A stretch of DNA of 64,000 nucleotides from Octopus sinensis (taxonomy: Eukaryota). The notes under the pieces are model-generated. The model saw only the letters and a program-made list of their open reading frames with translations. It was not told the origin of the DNA and ran no database searches. Location: positions 3,100,001 to 3,164,000 of the forward strand of contig NC_043016.1 of NCBI RefSeq assembly GCF_006345805.1. Direction: 5' to 3'. Shown here piece by piece: positions 29,324 through 41,818 of the stretch. The position numbers were made by a program, and so were the translations under genes. Position 1 is the stretch's first letter, and each line of letters opens with the position of its first letter.

Positions 29324-30660
29324 TAACTGAGTAGGGTTTATTAAATCTTGTATAGCAAATTGCTTGCTTTGGTTGCTTTTTCTCCTACCAAGATTTAGCA
29401 TGATGCCGTATATTTTATGTGTGTGCGTTTGGAAAAGGAATAGAAGAGGGAGAGAAAGAGAGAAAGAAAGAGAAAGAGAGAGAAAGAGATGGAGAAAAAG
29501 AGTCAGAGAAAAGGAAAGAGAGGAAGAGACATAGAAAGAGAGTATGAAATAGGCTGCAAATTTTGCTGGAAAAGTGGTGATGCGTCCGTTCTTGCTCGTA
29601 TCGCCGTTGCTGCCGTTGTAGGTTTTGTTGCTGCCCATTTTCTTTTTGTTCTTTACGCTGCTGCTTCTGTTGTTTCTAATGTACATTGTTTTTGTTTTTT
29701 TGAGTCTATGATGGTGGCAGTCCTCCACCTTCTTTAGCGAGGATTGAAAACACTTTAATGAATTTTTTCAGCACCACACAAGTAGCATCTTAGCCTTTCT
29801 CTACTGCAACACGTAGTTTCATTCTACTGGGCTGGCTGATCATGCCTGGTTTTCCCGGATATCCGACGCAACACAGGCCAAGATCCACCGGAGGCCGAAC
29901 CCTTTTGGAACTCCCTTTATCTTAATGCGACATATCCCTTTTTCCTATTTCCTTAATATATTGGATATGGAGTGAGTTCCGCTCGATTATGAGGACTTTG
30001 AACTCCTTCTATGCTAAGTCTTGCTTTTCAAGATGAGCTTCACGCTTCCGGTGGGCCTTGTCCATGTCACAGGGCCAACATCTATATTTCTTTGAAGTCT
30101 CTTTGTACGACGGCACGTGTTGCAACTTTGTGTCAGTGTTTTGCTGACATACATCAATACAACACCGTCCTCTTCCAGCCAGAACACTTCTTCCATTGCC
30201 TTTCCATTGTCTTTCACAAGCATGTTTCAGAAGTATTTTGCTGACTTTCTGCCATCCCTGCAAAAGATTTTCCGCTCATGGAATCATGCAGAATTTGTAA
30301 TTTTTCTGGTTGCTGCATCTTCTGTTGCTTGCTGTTGTTGATGTTGCTGTTGATGTTGTTGCTTGAATTGATGTTCTCATTGTCAAAGATACGCGGCCTT
30401 TATTATTGCTACCATTCTCGTTAATGTTGCTATAAATGTTGCTTTGGCTTTTGATTTTGTTGTTATCGTGAAAGCACTCCACCTCAAAATCATTCTGGAC
30501 CGTTTTGTATGAGGAGAGATGATACGTGGGAATGATATATTCTTCAATGTAACTGATCGTTCTCAAAGCCATTCCTTTTGTTAACTCGTCGCTGACGCAG
30601 GGAGAGTTGGCTACGAAATGGAAAATGTGTGGATATATTTCTATGTGCATGTGCATGTGT
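27105..30660 (-). mobile_element. Heavily decayed and deleted L1/Tx1-like LINE
   Basis: Collinear remnants: ORF1 LRVAVE/RLRCYLCG (~29790); RT ESKTFSQVDHPYL (~28760) and STRQRCLLSILPYVLTLE; MERLLFHFLWRGCIPLVRQFSCQHPLLRGVGMPWLM, homologous to 10200-10370; CPRCSQSNESV. A (GA)n tract interrupts at 29215-29325. Ends are approximate. Confidence 0.7.
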
Positions 30661-33020
30661 AGACATATTTTACTAACTACATAATTTCAATAGAGAGAAA
30701 GCAGTTGAAATTAAATAAAATCATATTAAAATGAGCCCTATAGGGTACAATTTTTCAGCGCCCCTACGAAAGTATGGTTCTTCACCTGAACTTTTATCAA
30801 AACTTTATAGCGGGAACTAAGTTGTTTCGCCTAAACTTGAGAAACCTTTTGGGAAGTGTTCATATCTGAATCTTTTTATTATATGTTTTTTTACCTCAAC
30901 AATAAATATACTTGTATCTTTTTTCAAGAAAAATTGTCTCTCCTTAAATGAAGTCAAGTTCATGACCTTTGCTTGACTATGCAAAAGGGATTTTTAGACA
31001 AACTAGAAGAGAGAATCCTATTCCAAACTTCGAACAGACTTTATGACTCGCTAAACATCAACGATGCTGAGACGTGAGCTCACGTGTGTTCACTAACCCA
31101 ATAGCTTCGTCACGAATTCACATTTATCAGCAAGCAGATTTATATTTTATTTTACATAGCATTTATGAAACTGAAGCTTCAGATGAGTTGCACAGTGTTA
31201 TAAACGATTACCATTACAAATTTTCGTATATTTTATATAAGAGTAGGTTGTATAGGTGTGCATTCTATAAATACTACACAGTTTGTGTGAAAGTAATTTA
31301 AAGACCAACATGAATTTCCGTGAATCTTGTTTAGTCCTTTATCTGCTTCATGATTCCTTTTTGCTGTTGTTATCCCAGGTCTGCCAGATTGTGAATGCAT
31401 ACGATCAAAGGATTTCTAGTCGCGACTATTCTGACCGTTTTATGTTTACCGGAGTTTAAAAATTGTCCTTTATCATCTTACATTTTTTTTAAAGTTGTGA
31501 GTTGAGAGAGATTTTATTTCAAGCAAATCATGCAAACCTGTAAGAGTTTTCTCATTGGTTAGTGGTTTCTTCGGAGAACAGGTGACGGATAAAGATGTAT
31601 TTAGCTGTTATTTCTAAATATAACTATAGGTACTTAGCCATTTGTTCATTCGGTAAAATACAATACAGTGACGCATTGCTGTTTTACGTTTCTGCAAGAA
31701 AGAAAACGCGTGTATACAACAGTTTCCTACTATTGCTACTACAAATGAAATAATAGTAGTCTCAGATCAATATGCGAAGTTTGCTTAGGTGTTTAAACAA
31801 AATATTTATCCACTTTTATGCGTTTTTATCCCATTTCTTTAATACGCATTGAAATAAAATTGTGAACACGGTATATCAGAAAGCAAAGAAGGACAAATAT
31901 AATTTGCAAATATCAATTAGTGGTCGAAGCCATTTTCCCACACCTGCATGGCTAATTAATTCTTCCCATTTGCACCTCTTATGAATTCAGAGTTTCTGTG
32001 CATACTGGAAGCACAGTAATAAAAGCTTGAATCTTTACGTCGTCTCATGAATACAATCTGTTATAGTTGGTGAGATCAAACAGAAACCATCATTTTGATG
32101 CATTAAACTACTTAAAACTGTAAAAAGAAGCTCAATATTACATAATTCGGAATATTCCGTGTGTTCATGTGTGAAAAGTAAATCAACTACTAAATACCTC
32201 TATGAGCAGTTTAATCTTTTATTTGTGTGTGTATTGTGTACATATATGACGGTATACAAACTTTACTTCACTCTCTGTGAGATACGGTACTATCCATTTG
32301 GACACGTCTGTACGACGATATTTCAGTTGCGGATAATCGCACGAGCACATAGACGCGCACGTGCGAGGGCACGCGCGCGCGCACACACACACACGCACAT
32401 ACATTGGCACTACTGTATAAAAATGAGTAAATCAGGATTCTGTAAGTGTTCTATCGAATCGTTCGAAGTAGTAGATAAAAGTCACAGTTTTTCTCCATCT
32501 TCGAGATTTTGCATGATATCTCTTTCTCAAATGAAGCATCATATAGCGATAATCATTCAATAGCGATGGAGGTAATCAACATTTTCTAACCATAAATAAA
32601 CCTTATTACAGACATTAAACAAGTTCCTTTGTTAGTGCATATCTAAGGGCCTGTGTTTTCTATGTATATGTGTGTATGTATGTATGTATGTATGTATGTA
32701 TGTATGTATGTATGTATGTATGTATGTATGTATGTATGTATGTATGCATGTATGTATCTATCTATCTATATACATGGGTATGTACGTATACACACACTTA
32801 CACATACTTATGGTAACTCAATGAGAATGCCAGTAGATAGTGTAAGGAATTATGCATAACAATGAAAACTGTTAAAGAGCAAATCTCTAATACATCAGGT
32901 GCTTATCATTGTTAATGTGGTGTACTGCAATAGAGAGTCATGAGGACACACACCAAGAACACGACCAAGTAGAGACATACTGTTTGATACATACATACAC
33001 ACACACATATATATATACAT

Positions 33021-33051
<31 letters not shown>

Positions 33052-34439
33052 CATACACACACACACACACACACAAATATATATATATATATAATATATA
33101 TATATATATATTATATATATCGCCTAATATAATTAAATATTAATATAATATAACATAACACTATAATGTAACATAATATTACTCGTAGATATATTCAGTT
33201 AATGGTTATGTACCACTTTATTTTCATCATTTTATACATGAATGTGTGGTAGACAGAACTCATTGTTGCTGCTCGTAAATAGTTTAGTTTTCTCCGAGAG
33301 AATATATTTAAAAGATAAATCCCTTTACACGAGTGAAACCAACTACGAATTCAATAATTAATTACTTCAAAATATCACCTTTGTTTATTTATTGCGGATT
33401 ATCCACATCAGACTGAGTCTGATCGGACTTCCGTTGCATTACACTTTTGGCATTTCTTCTTGTACGATACGAAGTACAAGCATGGACGTGTGGTTTGTTT
33501 AAAGAGTTCACTTTGTAAATTGTGGTTTCGTGTTCGTTTTAAGAAGGGAATACTTTTGGCAAATGTTTTCTAATCTACAGGAATCATTTCGATCAAACCC
33601 CTGTCAATCTGGTGCGTGAGTTCGAACGTTTGAACCTGGCTCAGCGAAGAATGTTAATATGGTACGTCGAGCAATTTCGTTGTATTGTTTCACATCTGTG
33701 TTGCATTTTTTGTTACCTTGCTTGAATTACAAGTTCAACTCATATGCTTTGTGCACTGTTATTATTATTGTAGAAATAACAGCCAAAGTCCCCTCAAAAT
33801 TAGATATCACCAACTTAAAAGACGGGACTTTTAAAACGGATTGTGCTGTGATAAATAATCTATGTCTGAAAACAGAAAGAGAACGATCTGGCGACCGAGC
33901 GTATGTCTTCTCGCTCAGTTGTTAGAAATTACTTCCAAAATATGTTTTCATGAATATTTTTTTTCTTAAATGGTAATGCAGTCCTTAGTGTCTGAAAGAA
34001 AAAGACGCGATCGCTATACCAGGCTAAACTTTTCTCCATCTTGAACATAGATATGCTAGGTAAGAGCCGATCTTCGGATATATGTTATAAACATTTAAAC
34101 ACATACATAATTTTTTATTGATCTGGCTGATGAGGTTTTTCATTTTCAGCGCCATGAACATATTTATTTACTTATTTATTTATTTTACATTTGAAGAACA
34201 CCAATTGTGTACCTTGAAGGAGATAACTTCGCCGCCGCGCTTGTTTCTAATGTCATATACGCTATGGCTCTTATGGGCAGAATAGAATCATGAAGTAAGC
34301 TGTTACACACATACGCCTGCATATATGCTTGTGTGTGTGCTTGCGTATGTCTGTCTGTCTGTCTATGTAGGCATGTAACTCAGTTTCACGTTCCCGTTCG
34401 TCGGACAGTTTTGTTGAGAATGTAGGCATGTATATATGT

Positions 34440-34620
34440 TTATCTTGTTTTTGTTACTTGTTTTTGTCGTTGGACTGCGAACTTGCTGAGGCATAGCCTT
34501 TACTTATGTTTTAAGGTCTGCTACTAATTATATCGGACATTTTTGCCAAAGCGCTAGACTAGAACGCAAATAAGACAATACTGGTTTTCGAGCAGTGGTG
34601 GTGGGCAGCAAGCACATGCT
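34440..34620 (-). mobile_element. Degenerate 3' part of SINE family 3
   Basis: Weak similarity to the reverse complement of the family 3 tail (TTACTTGTTT..GACTGCG..TTTTGCC). Confidence 0.4.
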
Positions 34621-35087
34621 CCCGACACACACGCATGCACACTTATTTAATATGTGACGTTAACTATTATTATCAGTAAAAATGATACTCGTAGTGGATA
34701 CATTTGATCTTAATGAATTTCTACTACCCTTCTATTCCTTCTATGAGAGTTCGATACCGATTAAAATCTAAATAGGGTACGATAACCTTCTTTGTATTAG
34801 GCGAACACTGATTGAATATTTTAATTTTAAAAAGCAATTTCCTCTTGCAGTTATCTATTTGTTAAATTGTATTTTTGTTGTTAGTTGATTTAAGTAAATT
34901 ATAAATATCCAGAACTGTTGATATATCTGAAGATAATGAGATATCACATGTGAAACATCAAGGCGAGCTGGCTGTGAAATGGAAAATGGGTGGATGTATT
35001 TATATGTGCGTGTGCATGTGTAGACATATATATGTGTGTGTGTGTATGTATGTATCTATCTATCTATCTACACTCACACACATACAC

Positions 35088-35127
<40 letters not shown>

Positions 35128-35790
35128 ATGTCTATCTATCTATTTTTATGTATGGATATATGTACATGTGTACACACGCACACACAGTACACATATATGC
35201 AAACACGCACACACACATAATTAATAGCGATAGAAGCGGTAGTAATTCCTGTATGGACGTTGTGTTAGAATACTCACATTCCCATATAAACATAGTCAGT
35301 GAGGAGGCGAAATGATATTAAAGCATCGAGTTTAAAGATTCATTGATGACCTCGAACAAAACCTGCTTTTTGAATCACAACTCACTTTGCGAAGTGTCTC
35401 TCAAGTAAAATCTTACAACTAGCACCATTCCGTGTTCGTATATAACTTCAGAATGTTGTACACTTTATAATCCATATCTAATGATGTTTCATGTGCATAT
35501 GAATTTAATTCTTGCATTGTCTTCGTTCAAATTAGTGAATGATCTGTTAACTGATTTCTACGTCTGAATGAATATTTTTCGGGCTCCATATGAGGTCAAA
35601 ATGTCCAATTCGCATCAACAATGTTTTGCGTGATTTCAGTGGGTAAATAAGGTTAAACTGTTGATGCAAAAATATTGTTTGGGGAACAGTTTCTTACGAT
35701 CACTTGTTAAATATTAACATCTTTTCAGACCAAACTCTATTGCCATATTTTTCGGGGTACAAAATGTTTCGGACGTAGATCTTTAGATAC

Positions 35791-36000
35791 TCTTTTCTAT
35801 TCTAGGCACAAGGCCCGAAATTTTGTTGGGGGCGGCCAGTCGATTAGACCGTCCCCAGTACGCAACTCATACTTAATTTATCGACCCCGAAACAATGAAA
35901 GGCAAAGTCGATATCAGAGGAATTTGAACTCAAGACGTAAAGACGAAATACCCCTAAGCAGTTCACCCGACTTGTTAACATTTCTGCTAGCTCGCCGCCT
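35791..36000 (-). mobile_element. SINE family 1
   Basis: CTTTTCTATTCTAGGCACAAGGCCCGAAATTTT..TTTATCGACCCCGAAA..AGCTCGCCGCC. Confidence 0.85.
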
Positions 36001-36149
36001 TCTGCCCAGGTAGATATTATAGTTAATATTAGTGTGTTGTAGCCATAGCATAAAAATGGATTTTTTTTCGTAGAAAAAATGACAGTGACTATAGGACCAA
36101 ATTAAAAGTAAGTGCCGGTAGACTGTCACCTTGGAATATTTCCGTTGAA

Positions 36150-37400
36150 ATAATAATTACATATGTGACAGTGGTTCTAATTTGGTTGCAAGTGAATGAA
36201 ATGTGGACCAGGTATTCAGAAGCCTTTCGATGGCAACCTCTAAGCGGGTTCCTTTGCAATCTGTAGTGACCTCACAAGTTATCTATGAGGAATAAAGTTG
36301 ATTGAATTTTGTAATCAAAACATAGCATCACAAGATGGTTTCTGTGGTATTTTTTTCTACTTCAGAAAATACAGTTTTATTTACTTACAATTGTTTGTCA
36401 CAGCATCGCACACCTTTCTTGCAGCCTGCAAGCACGTCACTGACTATATTGTCAGGTTAGCATTAGCCTTCGAAGAATTGTTTCAATTTCTACACAATAT
36501 TAAGGCAGTTTGTGTTTGCACAGTTCTCTATCGAAGAATTATTAACTAGACTGTTTACTTTGTGTTAAGCCTAGCTAGTTCGGTATGTTTATCAGACGTT
36601 CCATTGTTTTTGAAAAAAGTGTACTACTCACTTTCTATGAAAAGGCAACACCATGCATCCGTAGCTGATTATGAGGTCTCTTTCTAGTGCCTCCATGTTA
36701 TTGTAGCTTTCTCATAATATTGATGAAATTTTACAGCTGATGTTGGTTTTGTGTTCTTGAGCTATTACAGTTAGTCATGTTACATTCCGATTAAAATCCT
36801 TATTTTCCTTCCAGATCAAAGGTCTGAATTATTTGTTTATGTTCCATGGTAAGAATCTTGTTTGCAACATTTCCCCTTCATGTCTCTGTATATTGTACGC
36901 AGGTTAAAAATCAGACTTGTGGCAAATCCCGAATCCTTGTTAGCATTTTCTCAGTGGCGGAATTTTTCACGACGTTTGTTGAGTTCATGGTTGTTAATTT
37001 CCCCTTAAGATTTGTAGTAGAATCTTCCCAAATTATTGCTAGTTGTCTTCGAATGTAGTGTTGGTTTATCGTGAAATTACAGCTATACTTACACTATATA
37101 AGGGTATTTAACTGTCCTATTCTGTTGCATAAATTCTGTTTATTCTACAATTGTTATTCATTGATGCGACACCTTGCAAACATCTTCCAACTTCTTCACG
37201 ATAATAGGAGCAGAAAACAGGCTATTGATATTCCAATATGAATTTTTTTGTACATTCTCCAGCGAAAGAGTTGATAATTTTTACCGCAATTTTTTGTTTC
37301 AATCCCTCAGCCACATTCGAACCTTCGAGTGAACCGACTATATTTCCACACAAAACATTATTGGACGTATTCCACAACTTGAATAGTTCCATCCACACTG
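36150..37400 (-). mobile_element. Possible very old APE/RT LINE remnant
   Basis: Only traces on the minus strand (DFN-like, KAxxPDNIVS-like and FDY-like peptides in LINE order) with many stops. Confidence 0.3.
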
Positions 37401-37519
37401 TACCGAATAAATTAAGTGAGCTTTTTAACACGTATATCTTTGCCTCTTTCGTTAGACCTCGAAATGTTACGCTACATCCGAATTCACCAGAAAAATACGG
37501 GCATACCTGTTAAAATGGT

Positions 37520-38165
37520 TGACGATACACGACTTGAGTCGAATAAACTTTCTCTAGGCCAGGCTAGGCCGAATTTATTTGTCTCTAGGCTAAACCAGTA
37601 ATAACCATTCCCAGTTCTATACTTTATTTATGAATGCATTTTCAATAATACATGGTTAATAAAAACCATGTCCGACTCATCCCAAAACATCGTGCAATTG
37701 CTCATCTATTTCATGGCGTTTTATCATAGCCAGTTTATCTTCCAGCGTCATAGCATGACGCTTAGCACTTTCACTATGAATATTCTTAGGAGCCATGGGG
37801 GCAAAAAATAAGGTCACAAATGAATGAGAATGAGAAAGTAGCTGATAAACAGACGTTAAGAAATCTGAATTCAAAACAATCGAGTGACAACGACGGATAA
37901 CGGTAGATATTGGAACCACAGTGCAATAGGAGCTCCAAAAGACCGATAAGACAACACAGCTGATTTTGTGATTACGTTCACTAAGATACACTACTTTATA
38001 ATGTGTATCTTAACATTTACTGAACGTATTTTTGTATGATTTTATATGCAATTATTCTTATTTTTGTATAATAACATGATTCTATGTGCTTTTAACGGTT
38101 TTCTAGAGATTTTACGATTCCAATATTTATGGCGGACAGACGTAAAGTCGAGTAAAATTACTTGA
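37520..38165 (-). mobile_element. Possible pogo/Tigger-like DNA transposon remnant
   Basis: MAPKNIHSESAKRHAMTLEDKLAMIKRHE (37796-37710) resembles the N-terminal psq-type HTH of Tigger transposases. A CTCGACTTTACG terminal-like motif lies near 38150. Confidence 0.45.
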
Positions 38166-38993
38166 CTTAATTTTTTTCCATATATTATTTTTGAAAACAG
38201 ACGTACATCGAGTTTATTAATTCCCCGTGTGTTGTTTAAATCCTCATCGCCACTGTTATAACCTTAAGATGTTAGATTACTATAACGCCTACTTCGGTAT
38301 ACAGTATTCTTAGTAAAACCAGGAAAGACACGACTATATTTGACGGCCTACTACGTATTCTGGTACTTTGCGTACTTCTCTTTACTTATAGTGGCTATGT
38401 TATTCCATTCGTTACGTTGGAGGGGTGTGCCATTAATATTAATTCCCTACAACAATGTCAGGTTCTGTTGATTGTGGTGAATGGTTCAATTCCAGCTGTA
38501 TATTCAACAAAGTTTAGTTTTGAGTACTGGAATTTATATGAAGAGGAATAAAAAAAGGGCATAAAGAGGTGCTCTTTGCATTTCTTCTTTGTAACACAAT
38601 GTTGCAGTACCCTACCGAAAGCAACCTTTTCAATCTGAGTTGGCCACAAATCACACCAAAGCACTGTAACAACCCATGACTGAGTAACTTTTTACAGTCG
38701 ATGCTGCACTTGTTGCAATGTATCGTCTCTTGCTTTGCAGAAGCTGCCCATCATTCAGCCTAGAAGTCAGTTTAAACTAAAACGCAAGCTCTACATCCAC
38801 CCACACTTCACCAAGAATAACAAACCCACATATCATCGGGAAGACAGAACTTAAGACGATCAAATAGTTCACCTACTTACCTTGATCTACATCATAGAAT
38901 TCTGGATAACTTCTTCCCCACTCAGTGTGATGTCCATGATCATATGCTATAAGATGACAATAGCGTCTCTCATCCTCGTAGTACTTCTCATTC

Positions 38994-39376
38994 GTGGAGG
39001 CGCAATGGCCCAGTGGTTAGGCAGCGGACTCGCGGTCATAGGATCGCGGTTTCGATTCCCAGACCGGGCGTTTTGAGTGTTTATTGAGCGAAAACACTTA
39101 AAAAAGCTCCACGAGGCTCCGGCAGGGGAGTGTGTGATCCCTGCTGTACTCTTTCACCACAACTTTCTCTCACTCTTACTTCCTGTTTCTGTTGTACCTG
39201 TATTTCAAGGGGCCGGCCTTGTCACTCTCTGTGTCACGCTGAATATCCCCGAGAACTACGTTAAGAGTGCATGTGTCTGTGGAGTGCTCAGCCACTTACA
39301 CGTTAATTTCACGAGCAGGCTGTTCCGTTGATTCGGATCACGGAACCCTCGTGTCGTAACCGACGGAGTGCTTCCA
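38994..39376 (+). mobile_element. SINE family 2, full length, with 11-bp TSD
   Basis: tRNA-like head (TGGCCCAGTGGTT..GGTTTCGATTCCC); ACTTCTCATTC at 38983-38993 and 39377-39387. Confidence 0.92.
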
Positions 39377-39435
39377 ACTTCTCATTCAATGATCATTCTC
39401 ACAGTGTTCAACATCTTTTATGCTAACATGCCGTA

Positions 39436-39535
39436 NNNNNNNNNNNNNNNNNNNNNNNNNNNNNNNNNNNNNNNNNNNNNNNNNNNNNNNNNNNNNNNNN
39501 NNNNNNNNNNNNNNNNNNNNNNNNNNNNNNNNNNN
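39436..39535. other. Assembly gap (100 N)
   Basis: Run of exactly 100 N, probably a placeholder of unknown true size. Confidence 0.99.
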
Positions 39536-40110
39536 AAAGAGATTTTCTTTACTTATTCGTTGTCTCGAGGTTGTATCGTCCCTAAATTGGTAGAGGGGGA
39601 AATTCTCTGAATTTGGTGTTTTTTTTTTTGTTGGCGCAAGTATCTATGTGTTGGCTAAAACTATTTTTCTGTTTTGGGGGTGATTTTTATCTGGGATCTG
39701 TGCAGGGCCATTCGTTTACGCAAACCATTTTTTGTTTGGCCTATGTACTGCTCTTGACACCCGGAGCAGGTTAGTGAGTATATTAGGTTCTCCGAAGCAC
39801 ATGTGAAGCTTGCTTTTCACTGTAAACCGTTGTCCCTGTTTGAAGGAGAACTCTGATCCCTTAATTAGATAGTCGCATATCCCGCAATTGGGTCTTCCAC
39901 ATTTTTTTACTGTCGGCTTCTGTGTTGGGAAGAGTGAATTCGGGCTTGTGTTAGGAGACTTTTCATGGATCTAGGCTGTCTTTTGCTTTTTATGATCGTG
40001 TGTGTTTGGAGGATTGTGTTCATTCTGTGGTCTTTTTTAGGAGGGGTATGTTGGTGGAGGATGTGTCGAAGGCTTCGTTATTGAAGGATTGTGTGTGGAG
40101 ATGTATGGTA
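39536..40110 (-). mobile_element. Penelope-like element fragment: zinc-finger linker plus GIY-YIG endonuclease, frameshifted
   Basis: Manual minus-strand translation gives PYISTHNP, KSKRQPRSMKSLLTQAR, KKCGRPNCGICDYL, FTCASENLIYSLTCSGCQEQYIGQTKNGLRKRMALHRSQI and FSQHIDTC. It is not in the ORF track. Confidence 0.85.
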
Positions 40111-40161
40111 ATTATATATGTATATATATAATTATCTAAAAAAAAAAAAAACTTTTTTTAC

Positions 40162-40202
40162 AATTCTTGAAAAGTCACATTATGACGAAAACCGGTTGAA
40201 TT
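40162..40202 (+). ncRNA. Minimal type I hammerhead-like motif, U3:A8 core variant
   Basis: AAUUC-UUGAAAA-GUCA(CAUUA)UGAC-GAAAACCGGUU-GAAUU. Stem I and stem II are perfect, with an AACCGGUU palindrome and one extra A relative to the consensus. Confidence 0.55.
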
Positions 40203-40480
40203 AATATATATTTATATATTTTATCAATTTCTCATTTCATTAAAATTTTCTTTCAATTTAGCATTCTGCATTTTTACAATTTTTTCTTGCCTATAATTAT
40301 ATATATATATATATAACATAAGGGACTAAAGCCATCTGAATATGGCTAGGGACAGGGCAGGGTGGTGGGGTGTTACTGTTGCATTTAGCCCCAGGCGAAC
40401 ATCGACGTCACCAGATAGGCCCGACACCGTCACGGTGTCCTTTTACCTGCAAAGGGAGGTAATTCCCCGATGAAGCGGAA

Positions 40481-40533
40481 ACCACACACCGGACCATGGT
40501 TTCAAGGTGTATTGCCTATCGTCGGCGTGTGGT
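40481..40533 (-). ncRNA. Type I hammerhead-like motif, copy A
   Basis: ACCACACG-CCGACGA-UAGG(CAAUACA)CCUU-GAAAC-CAUG-GUC-CGGUGUGUGGU; palindromic stem III ACCAUGGU, GUC triplet, U4C core variant. Confidence 0.65.
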
Positions 40534-40842
40534 AGGCTTCCGCTTCCTCGACGAACACCTCACTCTGCAGGATATTCATATATAGATTTTCAAGCAAAAT
40601 ACATTTGCTGATTTCGAAATTCTGTTCGAAAGCATAATAATTCTCTAAAAGAGATATAAGACAGTAACTGCTCGATAACATAAGGGACTAAAGCCATCTG
40701 AATATGGCTAGGGACAGGGCAGGGTGGTGGGGTGTTACTGTTGCATTTAGCCCCAGGCGAACATCGACGTCACCAGATAGGCCCGACACCGTCACGGTGT
40801 CCTTTAACCTGCAAAGGGAGGTAATTCCCCGATGAAGCGGAA

Positions 40843-40895
40843 ACCACACACGGACCATGGTTTTCAAGGTGTATTGCCTATCGTCGGCGTGTGGT
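40843..40895 (-). ncRNA. Type I hammerhead-like motif, copy B
   Basis: Same as copy A but reads GAAAAC (one extra A); stem I CACACG/CGUGUG is perfect. Confidence 0.6.
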
Positions 40896-40940
40896 AGGCT
40901 TCCGCTTCCTCGACGAACACTCACTCTGAAGCGGAAGCCT

Positions 40941-40993
40941 ACCACACGCCGACGATAGGCAATACACCTTGAACCATGGTCCGTGTGTGTGGT
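40941..40993 (+). ncRNA. Type I hammerhead-like motif, copy C (inverted arm)
   Basis: Same as copy A but reads GAAC (one A fewer). Confidence 0.55.
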
Positions 40994-41818
40994 TTCCGCT
41001 TCATCGGGGAATTACCTCCCTTTGCAGGTTAAGGACACCGTGACGGTGTCGGGCCTATCTGGTGACGTCGATGTTCGCCTGGGGCTAAATGCAACAGTAA
41101 CACCCCCACCACCCTGCCCTGTCCCTAGCCATATTCAGATGGCTTTAGTCCCTTATGTTATCGAGCAGTTACTGTCTATATCTCTTTTAGAGAATATTAT
41201 TGCTCTATATATATATATATATATATATAATATGTATGTATTATATAAATTATATATATATTATATATATTACATACATACATACATATACATATCTTTC
41301 TACATATCTCCAACTGTGCGTACTGACTCTCACACGATCAATCCCCCCCACAACACACACAACACACACATATGATATAAATCCGCACATCTACTTAAAG
41401 AAATTCATATATAGATACCCGTAGATATATATAGTTCATAAAATTATACACATATATACACAGACATACACCAATACATTTATAAATATATATCCATAAA
41501 TATTCTTTATATTTTCACCCAGACACTCATATGCATACATACGCATAGAAACATAGGCACACGCACAAAAATATAAAATTATATCTGCATAGATATACGC
41601 ATTTATGAAGATACATGCACCCTTACAACGCATATCCATAGTCTGCAAATCATACATAAAACATGCACTCACGCGTAGACACACATACACATATACACTC
41701 AGACATGTATATATTTTCATGGACTGTAGATACGTGAGTGGGCACCCATGCATATTAATACGGAGACAAGCACAATCTGACTGGCTGTTTACTGAATTAT
41801 TATTTGTTCTTCTTCAAA

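Larger units (their letters stand above)
40313..40928 (-). repeat. About 1.7 tandem copies of a ~362-bp GC-rich non-coding unit (PLE pseudo-LTR or retrozyme-like)
   Basis: TAAGGGACTAAAGCCATCTG at 40319 and 40681; about 255 bp near-identical between copies. Confidence 0.9.
40631..41204. repeat. Near-perfect inverted repeat, ~277-bp arms (40631-40908, 40928-41204), 19-bp spacer
   Basis: The right arm is the reverse complement of the left arm apart from a few 1-2 bp indels; it ends in (TA)n. Confidence 0.95.

Noticed and set aside
31360-33930. Traces of old dispersed repeats (about 31360-31570, 33480-33620, 33760-33920)
   Set aside because: Too degenerate to set boundaries or assign a family without a repeat library.
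34120-34150. Hammerhead at CTGATGAG (also at 54460)
   Set aside because: No stem II followed by GAAA and no stem I pairing; the 54460 match is part of a TSD.
38994-39070. tRNA gene
   Set aside because: It is the tRNA-derived head of a SINE, continuing into a repeated body with a TSD; no complete cloverleaf.
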